Assembly: GCF_009914755.1 (NCBI RefSeq) | Contig: NC_060926.1 | DNA from: the human T2T-CHM13v2.0 reference genome, Homo sapiens | DNA: 64,000 bases | Reading direction: 5' to 3' (one strand) | In this document: positions 1 to 12,100 of the stretch, one piece after another | Position numbering within the stretch: position 1 is the stretch's first letter | Layout: the number at the start of each line of letters is the position of its first letter | Notes under the pieces: generated by a model | Told to the model about the DNA's origin: nothing | The model's database searches: none | Seen by the model: only the letters and a program-made list of their open reading frames with translations | Made by a program: the position numbers and the translations under genes

Positions 1-1359
1 CTCAGGACATATCCCAATCCTTAAGTGACACCTGACTGTATTTAGAATCTGGATTTCTAAAAGCTATTTCAGAAAAAATAAAAGTTCCTATTAGTCTCAG
101 CCTTTATTGGCATACATATGAAATTTACCAGGTTCAAAGTTGAAGTTTATTTTGAGTATTTTCCCAACTTGCTAGAAAATACCACTAGAAGTAGAAATAC
201 TCAGAAGCATTATTTTTTTTCTGCATGGTTCTTTTTTCATCCCAGCCAAAAATGCTATGAAAGAATCTTTCCAGCTTTTTGGTGTTTGGGACATGTAAAT
301 GGTCACTTCTGGCTATCAGAAAATGTATTGATGAGTTAATTTTGGTTAATAAACATGTTGCATATATTAATAAAATTACAATGTATGTGTGAACATGTAT
401 TTACTACCTCTTCTGAAAAATATCGGTTATCTGTGGTATTAAATTATGTACTAAAATGGATTAATAGGCAAGAAGAAAGGACAAAAAGAAAACATTATTA
501 AGCCCCAATGTGAAAGATAAAAATACCTAGAGAAAACTCAAAAGAAAGAGCTAATTTTGTTCAAGTAGCAAAACTGGCTGAAATGGTTGGACAATAAAAT
601 CCTAATCAACTAAATCTGGAAAACACAGAAAAGAAATACAGCAAATAGGGATAACACCTATACTTTCTTGATATAATGTTGCCATGGTGAAATATAACAA
701 CTTATCTGAAGAAAAAATATATAAACCTAAGTATATTTATGAAGAGAAAATCAGAACCTTGAAGAAATATACTGGTTAAATTCAGCTGATGCCTATAAAG
801 GCAATCAAGTGAATTAAAAAATGAGGAATTATGTGAAAAACACAAACTTCAATGCTTTCTATGATGTTTTGACGCCTAAGAAATAATTTTTTACAATAGG
901 TAGAGAGACACAATCACTCTCAGGAGATATGTAAGCTTCATAAATTATTGTAAATGTGCAACCAATTTTTAAAAAAGAAGACATACACACCCTGAATAGA
1001 ATTATTCATTTTCTTCCTCTCTTTATTTTTCAAAGGAGATTTTGATAGATATTAGATAAAGTTTTTGAATAAAGAGAAATAGAAAGTTAGAGCTAAGATT
1101 CAAGACATTTTCTATCTGTGTTCTTGTTCATGAGAAATGTTATTCATACATATCCAATTTTAAAAGCAATAAAACATATTTTTGCTTTCCCTGGACCACC
1201 TAACCAAAGAGAGATACTTAATCCTTCTCTTAAATAGTTACAAGCAAAAAGTGACTTAATTATAACCCTGCAACATTAAGTCACTGCCATTCAATTAGAA
1301 ACAAATGTTTCAGAGGAAAATTTTAATTCATTTAGCTTACAAATTCATTGTGACTCATA

Positions 1360-1960
1360 ATAAGGAAAATGCAGATTAAAACCACAATGAGATGCTATGT
1401 TACACTCAGCAGACTAGCAACAATTAAAAAGTTTGACAATAATACACAGCATTAGAAAAGATATGACGCAATGGAAACCTCATACACTGTTGGTGGGAGT
1501 ATAAATTGGCATAAGCATTTTGAACTGCTAGGATCCTGAAATCTCACTGAAAAATATATCCTCAAAAAATCATGGACATATGTGTACCAGGAGATATGTT
1601 AACAAAATGTTCATAGCCTCATTGTTTGTAATAGCAAAACTGTGGAAGCAATCCAGATGTTCCTCAGCAGGAAAAAGGATAAATACATTGTGTTACATTC
1701 ATACAATGGAACACTGTAATAGTGAAAGGAAAGAACCACAGCTATACCCATTAACAATGATTTATCTCAAGAACATAATGCTGAATGGAAGAAGCAAGTC
1801 TTCAAAGAATGTATTCAAGATAACTCCACTTTCATTAAAGTAAAAATAAAAGCAGAAAAATAAAGTAATAGTTTGCCCAGAAACCATATGTGGTAAAGTC
1901 ATAAAGTAAAACAAGGAAATGATTAGTACAAGCTTAGGATAAAGGTTTACTTCTGAGAAT
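1360..1960 (+). mobile_element. Old L1 (L1M-type) ORF2 end/3' fragment
   Basis: Typical L1 motifs 'aaatgcagattaaaaccacaatgagat', 'ctgttggtgggagtataaattgg', 'aatgttcatagcctcattgtttgtaatagcaaaa'; boundaries approximate. Confidence 0.8.
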
Positions 1961-2050
1961 GTCCATGTGAGTCAATCAGGGAAGAACATGATGGACAATC
2001 TTGGGTCTAGGCATACAGGAGTTTATTTATTTAAACAGTATATGTGTATG

Positions 2051-2487
2051 TGTTAATGTCCTTGTTTTGCTATAAAGAAATACCTGAGGCTGGGTAATTT
2101 ATAAAGAAAATAGGTTGAATTGGCTCACGGTTCTGCAGGCTGTATAAGCATGGCTCCAGCATCTGTTTCTGGCAGAGCCTCAGGAAGTCTACAATCATGA
2201 CAAAAGGGGAGCTGACATATCCTCATATCTCCTATCTCGTGGCAACAGAGGGAGCAAGAGAGGGAGCAGAAAGGTCCTATACTCTTTCAAACAACCAGAC
2301 TTTGTGTGAACTAACTAAGCGAGAACTCACTTATCACCAAGGGGATGGTGCTAGGTCATTCATGAGGGAGCCATCCCCATGATTCAGTCTCCTTTCCACC
2401 AGGTCCCACCTCCAACACTGGGGAATCACATTTCAATATTCAACCTTCATATGAGATTTGGAGAGGACAAACATCCAAACTATATCA
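2051..2487 (-). mobile_element. MaLR solo LTR (MSTB-like)
   Basis: 'gctataaagaaatacctgaggctgggtaatttataaagaaaa...acatccaaactatatca'; 5-bp TSD gtatg at 2046-2050 and 2488-2492. Confidence 0.85.
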
Positions 2488-2804
2488 GTATGGTATACAT
2501 AATATTCTACATACAAGAAATGTTCTTAATTATAAAGGTTTTTGTAGAAAAGTATGCAGAGTATAATTCCCTCCTAAGGAATGATGTATTTGTTATGAAT
2601 CTATGTATCAAAATATATGAAATGCAATTTATTAGGGAAAGGTCAAGGGATCTGGATCGGAGATGGAGCTGCCTTATACAGTACTGATCCTATTTGAAAG
2701 TTTATTATGTGATTTAAATGTATAAATTATATATGATTTCAAGTTTATTATTATATACACAAAGGAATTTTGGAACAGCAATAATGACTAATCCTTGAAT
2801 CAAG

Positions 2805-2815
2805 GTGTGTGTGTT

Positions 2816-2852
<37 letters not shown>
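2805..2852. repeat. (GT)n microsatellite, interrupted
   Basis: Directly visible. Confidence 0.95.
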
Positions 2853-2854
<2 letters not shown>

Positions 2855-4217
2855 TTACCCCTGAATCTGATGGTGAAAAGCGTCTACAAATTTGTAATTT
2901 GGATTATTACCAAGTTCCTAAGATTTTTAAGTTAGAATGATTCAGACAGGAAAAATGTGCCACCAACTCACAGAACTAATCATTCTCAGCCCAGAATTAA
3001 AATGGGAAGTATTACATACTTCTTGTTATTTATTGGTAGTTCAATATATATTTATAGTTATTATTTAGTTATTTGTAAAGACAATCACTTGATTTAAACA
3101 TGCGTCCTACTTACTGACTTATTTTGTTATTGTTAGTTTGACTCTATTGTGTTATTATGCCCTATTCATACAACATCCAAAATACAGAAAAGAGAACACT
3201 ATGTCAGGGCACACATGCATCATTTAAGCATCATCTCCATCTGTCCATTGAGCCATCCCAGACTCATTTGGTAGGTTCAGAATAAGTAGAGAGATTTTCA
3301 CTTTACCAAACAGCACTGCTGCTTTAAATGTGGTATGATCAGTGTAGCCCAACCTGTAGAGGTCCTGAGAGACTGAGACAGATTTTATGACCCCTCCACT
3401 TAAAAGCAGAGTAATTATCTCGACCAATTGGGTTCAATCCTGAAACACAAGTCAGTTATTACCACCCAGGAGGTGGTATTTACTTTTCACAATTTTTTAA
3501 ATAAATACTTTTCAGCTCTGATCAGAAGTAATAACCCTGAGACTTAACACTTACCATTGTCCCAGTCGAAAAGGCAGATAAGGCTTTACCATCCAAAAGT
3601 TTACACCAAGCACCTGGAAGATATTTGCATGTCAACTGAAAATGGTACCCACTGACATGCCCATTGTCCATGGCCATGTAGGCCAAAGCATCTCAATTTA
3701 TGTGATTCAGCACTGGATTTTTATAATCTAACAAATTATATAAATCTAGCAAATCAAATGTCTTATTGGACTAATTTGTCTTCTTTTACAGCCTCTCCTT
3801 TTATCTTCTCTTTCTTTTCTTGTCTTTATTCTATGTGCTCCCCTTTTCTTTTAAGGTTTCTCTTACTTTCAAATTTCAAGCCTCCCTCTGATCTTTTAAC
3901 TTGGTGAGCAATAATTACTAAGTTAATTTTGTTCTTAAAGTCATATCTTTCTATTCTTTAGATGAGAATTTTGTTTGGATATACTTTGTTCTGGTTGGCT
4001 TTTCACTCTTTAATCTTGTTCCTTCCATTTCAAATTTCATTAATTTTTGGGTCAATCTCCCAAGCCTTCACATTGCATTTGTAAAAGCCACTGTCACCAG
4101 ACCTGAAACAAAATGCATTGCTCTGGATTTACTCAAAAAGAGCAAAGTTTAGGATGTGCAACATTTTAAAATGTTAAATTCAATTTTAAAAACATATTTA
4201 AAACTCAGATACATATA

Positions 4218-4391
4218 GGCCGGGCACTGTGGCTCACGCCTGTAATCGCAGCACTTTGGGAGGCCGAGGCAGGCTGATCACGAGATCAGGAAATCAAGAC
4301 CATCCTGGCTAATACAGTGAAACCCAGTCTCTATTAAAAATACAAAAAATTAGCCGGGCGTGATGGCGGCATATAGTAGAGACGGGGTTTC
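4218..4391 (+). mobile_element. Truncated Alu (AluY/Sc-like left arm plus ~20 nt of right arm) followed by an 18-nt inverted Alu fragment
   Basis: Starts ggccgggcactgtggctcacgcctgtaatc; stops at 4370; 4374-4391 tagtagagacggggtttc is antisense Alu. Confidence 0.9.
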
Positions 4392-6018
4392 TTTCAAGGC
4401 TTTTATTTATGTAAAGTTTATCTTAAGTGCCTTTTACATTATTTCATCAAGCCTATTCAGATTAGAAATTTCCACTCTCTTGTCTTTGTAAAGACAGCCC
4501 TATTTTTTTTTCTATTTTAAGCTCCTTAGAATAAAGAAAATGTGTTGTAGAATACTGAGTTATCTTGCCATATATAAACTTATCAGAACAAATTGACTAA
4601 TTTTAAAAACAAAATATAGTTTATGTTTTGTAATAATAACTTTATCAAAAATATGTTGTTTGATAATGACTGTATCAAATAAAGTCAGAAAGTTTAGGGA
4701 TAAGAGTTAAGAAACAGGAAAGGATAGTGGTAGGAAGAAGCCATTTGACAATTTTTAAAAATGTTTTGAGTAATAGTTCATCTAAGACAGAGAGTTATTT
4801 AATCCAAACCAGTGTGCTGCTTATGATTTAAAATCCAGTCAGTAGTGTGATAAGAGAATATGTAGAAAAACAGTAAAATTACAACTTTGACACATTTTAT
4901 ATACATATTTTATCTGAATACTATGGATGTATGTTGACAATCAGTATTTTTCTCAAAGTAAAGTTATTGTTTTACTGAATGACATACATATTTGAACTCA
5001 GAAGAAAGAAAACCTTAATAGTGACATTTCTGGTAAATGAATAATTAGAATTCTGTTTTAAAAGAAAACAATAAAGTTAACACTGAATCTCAAACAAATG
5101 GGGAATCTAAATGGGAAAATAAAAGATGTATTATTATAATATGAGTTGGGTCCATTCATAATATAACTTGTGTAAAGATCCATAATGAGGCTTTCAAACA
5201 AATTATGATTTATTTAATCACAAATATGTATTTCAATTTATAAAAGAGTCCTTTGGCTGTAAGTTTAGAAAACTTCCATAACAATACAATGAGGTAAGGT
5301 CATTGACAGTTGGCATTGTTTTTAGAGTTATCTGTATTTATACATCAACACTGAAAAGCTTAATAAATTACAGACTGACAAACATGTCTGTTTACCAAAC
5401 AGACGTAAAACTTTTTGGCAATTAAACAGAATTTGTATTCTGCTATAGATGTTTTTAGAAAAGATTAATTTTCTTTCCCTCAATTTCATTGCTAAGTTGT
5501 TTTTTTTTTCCTCCTTGTATAGGCTCTTTAGTGCTATTGTCCAGAAAGGCAATAAGTAACGGAATAAGGCTTTTGTTGGGAGGCAAGAGTTGGCAAGTCA
5601 GCCAGTTTCAACAAGAATTCTGCCAGTTTTAGCCATTGTGTGGCCACTTGGGGAAAGGCTTCAACATTTTATGTTAAAATACTGAGCAATCTTCTCATTT
5701 ACCCTAATGTGAAAGGTCATTCCTTGGAATTTAGTAAAATCTGAACACTAAGTATATTACAGGAAGCATCTTTACTAACTTTTTTCCTTTCAAAGTCAGT
5801 GAAGAAATACATATTAGGTTGAAGTAAGAATAAAAAAATGAAAACTAATTTTTGAATATTTTCTTTTTGGAAATATACAGTGATTCTAACACCTTCAGTA
5901 ATTTTACTCTGGCATCTCTTGAATAATATATAAACTCACATGAAGCCAATATCCAGTTTTCTGTGATTTAGACTCTAGTATAAAGAAACATTCATTCATT
6001 TATTCATTTAAATATTTA

Positions 6019-6479
<461 letters not shown>

Positions 6480-9025
6480 GTAAATATGTAAATTATAGTA
6501 GATTGGTGCAAGATGATTAGTATTACAGGAAAAAAGGACAAACTAAAATAGATAAAAAAGAAAAGAGGTCTGTGGTAGTATAGACGTAGGTTGATTTTAA
6601 ATAATCATCGATGTAAGCTCTTTAGAAGAGTTCACATTGGAGCAAGATGGCAGGGTGGTGAGGGACTTAGGTATATGGATATCTGGAATAAGAACATTTT
6701 ATGCTAGTTGAAAGAAACCCACAGGTAATTCTTAATTCTCCTTTAGAAAATGTGCGTCTCTTTCTTTAAATTGGTGGCAAATGAAATCAGAAGTACTGGC
6801 AGTAAGTAAACTTGTCTAGAGGTGAAGGACTTGATAAATGGAAGAAGAGACATTTAAAGCTGGAATACAAGATCTATAGGTCCATAAGTAAGGAAGATTA
6901 GCATTCTTTTCATACTCAGATGATAATGTGATGCTTATGTAATGTAGAGAAAAAGACAAATAATAAACTTAGAAATTATTCAAATAAATACTCCCTCATA
7001 CTATTATTATATTACTATTATAATCTTATATCAATAAAATTATATGATGCACAATGATCTTTGTTCCTTACCCAAAATTTAATTTCATTGCAAATAGTTT
7101 TTAAACTGGAATGGATATACTGTAGTAACTGATGTCCATATGCATATTAGGTTGAACTAAAATGTCCAGACGAAAAAAAAAAGCATGTCTGTTATAAAGA
7201 CTGTTTCCCTTCCATGTTGATAACATCACGCAACTATTTCTGTAAGGAAAAATGTAGACCAGAATGTAGGACAAGCCTTGAAGTCTAAACTATTTTGAGT
7301 AATTAGGGGTAGAATGTTGTCAGAGTGTAAACATCTAACATCTTTTATTTCTTTTAAAAAAGCACATGCCATTTCAAGACCTACATCATAGTTAGATTTA
7401 ATGAAACATTGAGATGGAGTCTCCCTTTTCTAAGTTAGGAATCCATTAACTAAATTTATTTAACTTATTCAGACCTCTAGCTTAGGAAGCCACAAGTTAT
7501 ATTTAAGGTTTTGAACATATGCAGTCTTTTATGGTACTGGAGTCAGGAAAGTTGAGAACTTGCTGAACGAACTTAGCTTTCAGGATTAGTATGGAAAATT
7601 ACACATTTAATGGATGTTTTTGAAGAATGCTTGTGTTATATCTAAACTCAAATATAAAGTCTTTGTTAATTTTGGTGTGTATTTACTTTGAAGGAAGTAG
7701 ACTGGAATTTGGTTCATTAAATATAAACATATATTAATTTTATGATCAAAACGACTTTCACACTGATAACATGGAACATAGAACAGGAAATCCTTTTGGA
7801 AAGTGCATAATTAAGGAAGTTAGCTATTGTTAGAAATTCAATTAATTAAAAAATTAAACAATATTTAGGAAAATCATTATATGAATTTCACTCCTGCCAG
7901 GTTGTTCCAGACCTTAATATTTGCTCATATTTCATTTGAAGGCCTTCCTATCCAAATTAATGAAGACAAATATTCATCAAAGCTTTATTCTTAGGAATAT
8001 CACTTTCTTTAACCTTGGTATTTGCAATGGAATTAGACACAAAAAAATATTTTTTGTCAAAGTAAGAAAGGTAAAAAATTATATTAGAAGCAATTGAAAG
8101 GGAGATATTTCAGAATATCTTAACCAAGGAAAACATAAAATTGCGAACACAGTGAATCTGGTTGTTGTTTATTTCAGGTTTTTTGATGTTTCATCAATAA
8201 CTGAAGGTTTGCTACGATAATAAATATATACATATTTATTATATGTATTTGATTTATCTAATTTTTCAGACATTAAGAGATCTGATTTACCAGGTTTTGT
8301 CATTTTAGAAAACACTCTAGTTAAGATATTGAGTCTTGATCTTGTGACAAGATGAAAAATAGAGTGGCAGCCAGTATGGATTAAGACTTTACACTTTGAT
8401 TGGAATTGTCTTTACATAACATGGAAGTGGTGGTGTTGTTGTCCAGAGCAGGAGACCTGTCTTGTTGGCCTTCGACACCTAGCATAGGGCCAGGCACCTC
8501 ATAAGTACCTCTTATGAGGTACTTCTATGGACCATATTGTTTAATCCTAGTATCCCCTAAAGGAAATAAATGTATAGTCATATGAGTTAAAATATAAATA
8601 TTCTTTGACAGAAATAAACTCTGGGATGAAAAATCAGTCTGCTTCCTTCCCCCAAATGAAATATACTGCAATATTACCAGATTTTAATTTGTTTAGAAAA
8701 AGAGCAATTTTAGCATACAGGAAAATATGCTACTCTTGACCACTTGAGGCCAGAATGCAGCTATTGGGCCTATGGTTTGGAAAAAAGTGAACGTTAGACA
8801 GGCTAAGTGAGAAAACTTAGTGGAAGGAGAGGGATACCAAAAGACAGATGGAAAATTACCAACTGCAGATTGTACTTACTGTATAGTTTTTCCTAACGCC
8901 CTGCAACTCATGCTGTCTGTCTGCTGGGAAAACTCTTGGCCATTTGTTTCTGATGTCCATGTCTGTCTTTTGAATTCTGTTCCTTACTCCTTGATCTATA
9001 AAAGTATCTGAGGTGGCTTAAAAAC

Positions 9026-9027
<2 letters not shown>

Positions 9028-9061
<34 letters not shown>

Positions 9062-9168
9062 CACACACATATACATATACATACATACACACACACATAC
9101 ATACACACACATATATACGCACACATATATGTGTGTATATATGTATACATATACGTATATATATATTT
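9028..9168. repeat. Compound (TA)n/(CA)n/(TACA)n microsatellite
   Basis: Directly visible. Confidence 0.95.
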
Positions 9169-12100
9169 TACCTTATTTTATAAGAGTAACTGTCACGTGA
9201 ATTACCTGCAACATGGGTGTTTAAACTGAGAGTTGAAGAACTCTTAACATAGCTAACAAAAAGGAGATCCTATGAAACTCATGCAACTGTAAGCAAAATG
9301 AGAATCCCTTTGAATGTATTTTTTTTTAATTTATGGAAAAAAAGGTTTTGGTTTCATTACATTCTCAATGTGGGTCTTAATTTATAAAATATTCAATGAT
9401 AAATTCTTAAAATGAATTATGTTAAGCCAAAACCTAAATTTTTTTTGCCATCCTATTGCACAGGCACTCTTTCTTTGTATTTTTGAAATATAATAAATAA
9501 GAAAATATAAGTGTCTTCCATTAGGTGGCAGTAATAAGTTCCTATAATAAGAACTTTAAAAAAAATGGTCAAAAACAACTTGGAATCCTAAAAGCTGAAT
9601 TTATTGGATCCTTCTTAATGTTCTCATTTTGAGATTGTGGAGCTGCTATAGTAATCAAAACTAAAATTTTCCGACAGATGTCTACATTTATCTCTACTGT
9701 AGTATAGTCACACAAGTAGCAAACAAATTTGTGTAAATAAATTTACTTTTATTATCTTGTGTTAGAAGAGATTCAGTTTGGATTTGGTGAATCATATCAC
9801 TATTCAACTTTGCACAACTTCAGTAATGAGAGGTCTAATAATAGATAATACACAATAGTATAATGAAATATTTAGGATGTAGATTCATAATATATGTAGG
9901 ATAAAACCAGAGTTTTGTCAACGAGGATTGTGCAACTTTGGGTTTCACTGAGTTTCACATGTAAAGAAACGCAATAATTTTTGTTTAATATACCTTTTTA
10001 AATTGTTAATATGCAGGTATTTTAAAGTGCTCAAGTTCTATGGAGATAGTAATTATCAATATCAATTTTATTAGGTTCTGGCATGTATTGTATAATGGCA
10101 AAAGGATGGTCACTGTAACAACTGTAATTATAAATCACACTTGTTCACTCTTCCTGTCTTACAGATAGATTGCATTCTGTTTATCCGTATGGGTGTTGAT
10201 TGTTTGGAATAAAATTTTGCATAGAAACAAATTATGTCCTCAGTCTCATTCACAACAGACTTAAGGTGAACATGAAAATTTATTGAATATGTACTAAATG
10301 CCAAGTGCTAAAAAATTTCCACGTGTTAATTCATGGATTACTTACAAAACCTTATAAAGCAATATGATTATCACTTCCACTTTATGGATGAGAAAGGGGA
10401 ACTAATAAGTGGTAAATTTTGGGTTCTTATGTGGATGATCTAAATCCAAAGCGCATCACAGTGTACTTCTATAAATACCATATACCTAAATTTCTAAAAT
10501 AAATGCATATTTTTTCTTAATTTATAAAGTACATTGGTATATTTGTAGAAAAGACAGAAACAAATACATCATTAAAAGTAAAATTTTAAAGACATATGCA
10601 CATTGACTAATAAAACAATAAACATGTTACTCTAATATTGTTTCCATTACTAAGTACAAAATAAAAATCACAGTTTTGTATTGATGACATTCTTTTCCCA
10701 TGGTTTTAACTCTCTTTGTCTATTATAATGTTATTTATTGCTCTCTGATACTTACCAAAGTTTCTATTTTTCCTTCAAATTATCCTTGGAAGAAAGGCAA
10801 AATTGAGGTGCATATGCAAAATATCTGTGTAATCATTGGTCTCAGTTTAATTAGTGAATGCGGGTTCAAATTAACACTCATTTGTAAAATTTATGAATTT
10901 GGTAGTTGGATACAAGAAAAATTTATCTTCATTTTGGTTAATAAAACCAAACCTGTGTGCTCACGAATATGCTATTGATCCTCCATGTGACTGCACTGTA
11001 AGGAGATGGGCACTTATAAACCATCTAGTTGCTATGTAAGTAAATCATTGCAATTTAACATACCAAATGATATGCTCAAAATTCACCATAATTTCATGAG
11101 AAACATAAATGAGCTTAGGTTAGCCTAAGCCTGAATAGAGAAATAACTACAGTTTTATACAAAAGTTTATGTCATATTAACACTTTTTAATTCAAAAAGA
11201 TATGTTCCATGTTAAGGGAAATAAGATTTGTCTGAAAATTGGGCTCCATCCAGCAGTGTTAATAAAATATAAAACTATAGCCCCAATACCATAGGGGTTA
11301 TTTATGTATTCATTTTGGCTTATGCTAGATTGAACTGGGTTGGGATTTTTGTCTTTTTAATTTTTAGTAATGGAAAAGGTGTATAACACATTTAATTTAA
11401 ACCATGAAAACATTAAAAAATAAAACTTGCTTAACATTTCAAAAGTAAATACACTATTTGGGCCATTTTTGCAAACAATAATATTTTGGTGTATTAGTTT
11501 TGAATAATACTGTCTCTTAAGTAAACAAACTAATTGAAGAAAAAAATGGAAGAAATGTGTTTTAGGAAAATATTTGCAACTTATTACCTGATAATAATTC
11601 TAGTAACCTAGGAAACATAGACCCTAACTCAGTTCACAGGCAGTGATACTATTTTATATTTTTGTAAGAAGAAGTAAGACCTTATTATGTCCTTAAAAAT
11701 TGAATACATTTCTTCTCTTTTTTGTAATATAGCTTATTATAATTAAATTAATTTGATTTTAAGATTATTCAAATAAGGAAAAATGCAGAGATTAATTGAC
11801 CTAATCTAATTTACATGGTCCATGTGAATATATGGGAAAAGGATAGATCCATCTGGTTAGAATGTAGACTTGTATTTCTGGTAAGTTTTTATTTTCCACC
11901 TATTTGCATCATAATATTTTTGTATATTAAACGAGAAGATGTCTTGAAATAATTTGTAATCCAGTATGGTACATGTACTTTGTCAGAAAAATAGAACATA
12001 CCTGAGAAATTATGAATGTTTATAGTTTACCCATGGATTTGAAAACCAGATACAGATAAATGTTTTAAATAGCTGTGTACCATTTGTCTATCTTAAGCAT

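Noticed and set aside
8908-9150. 80-aa Y/I/C/V-rich ORF
   Set aside because: Translation of a dinucleotide microsatellite
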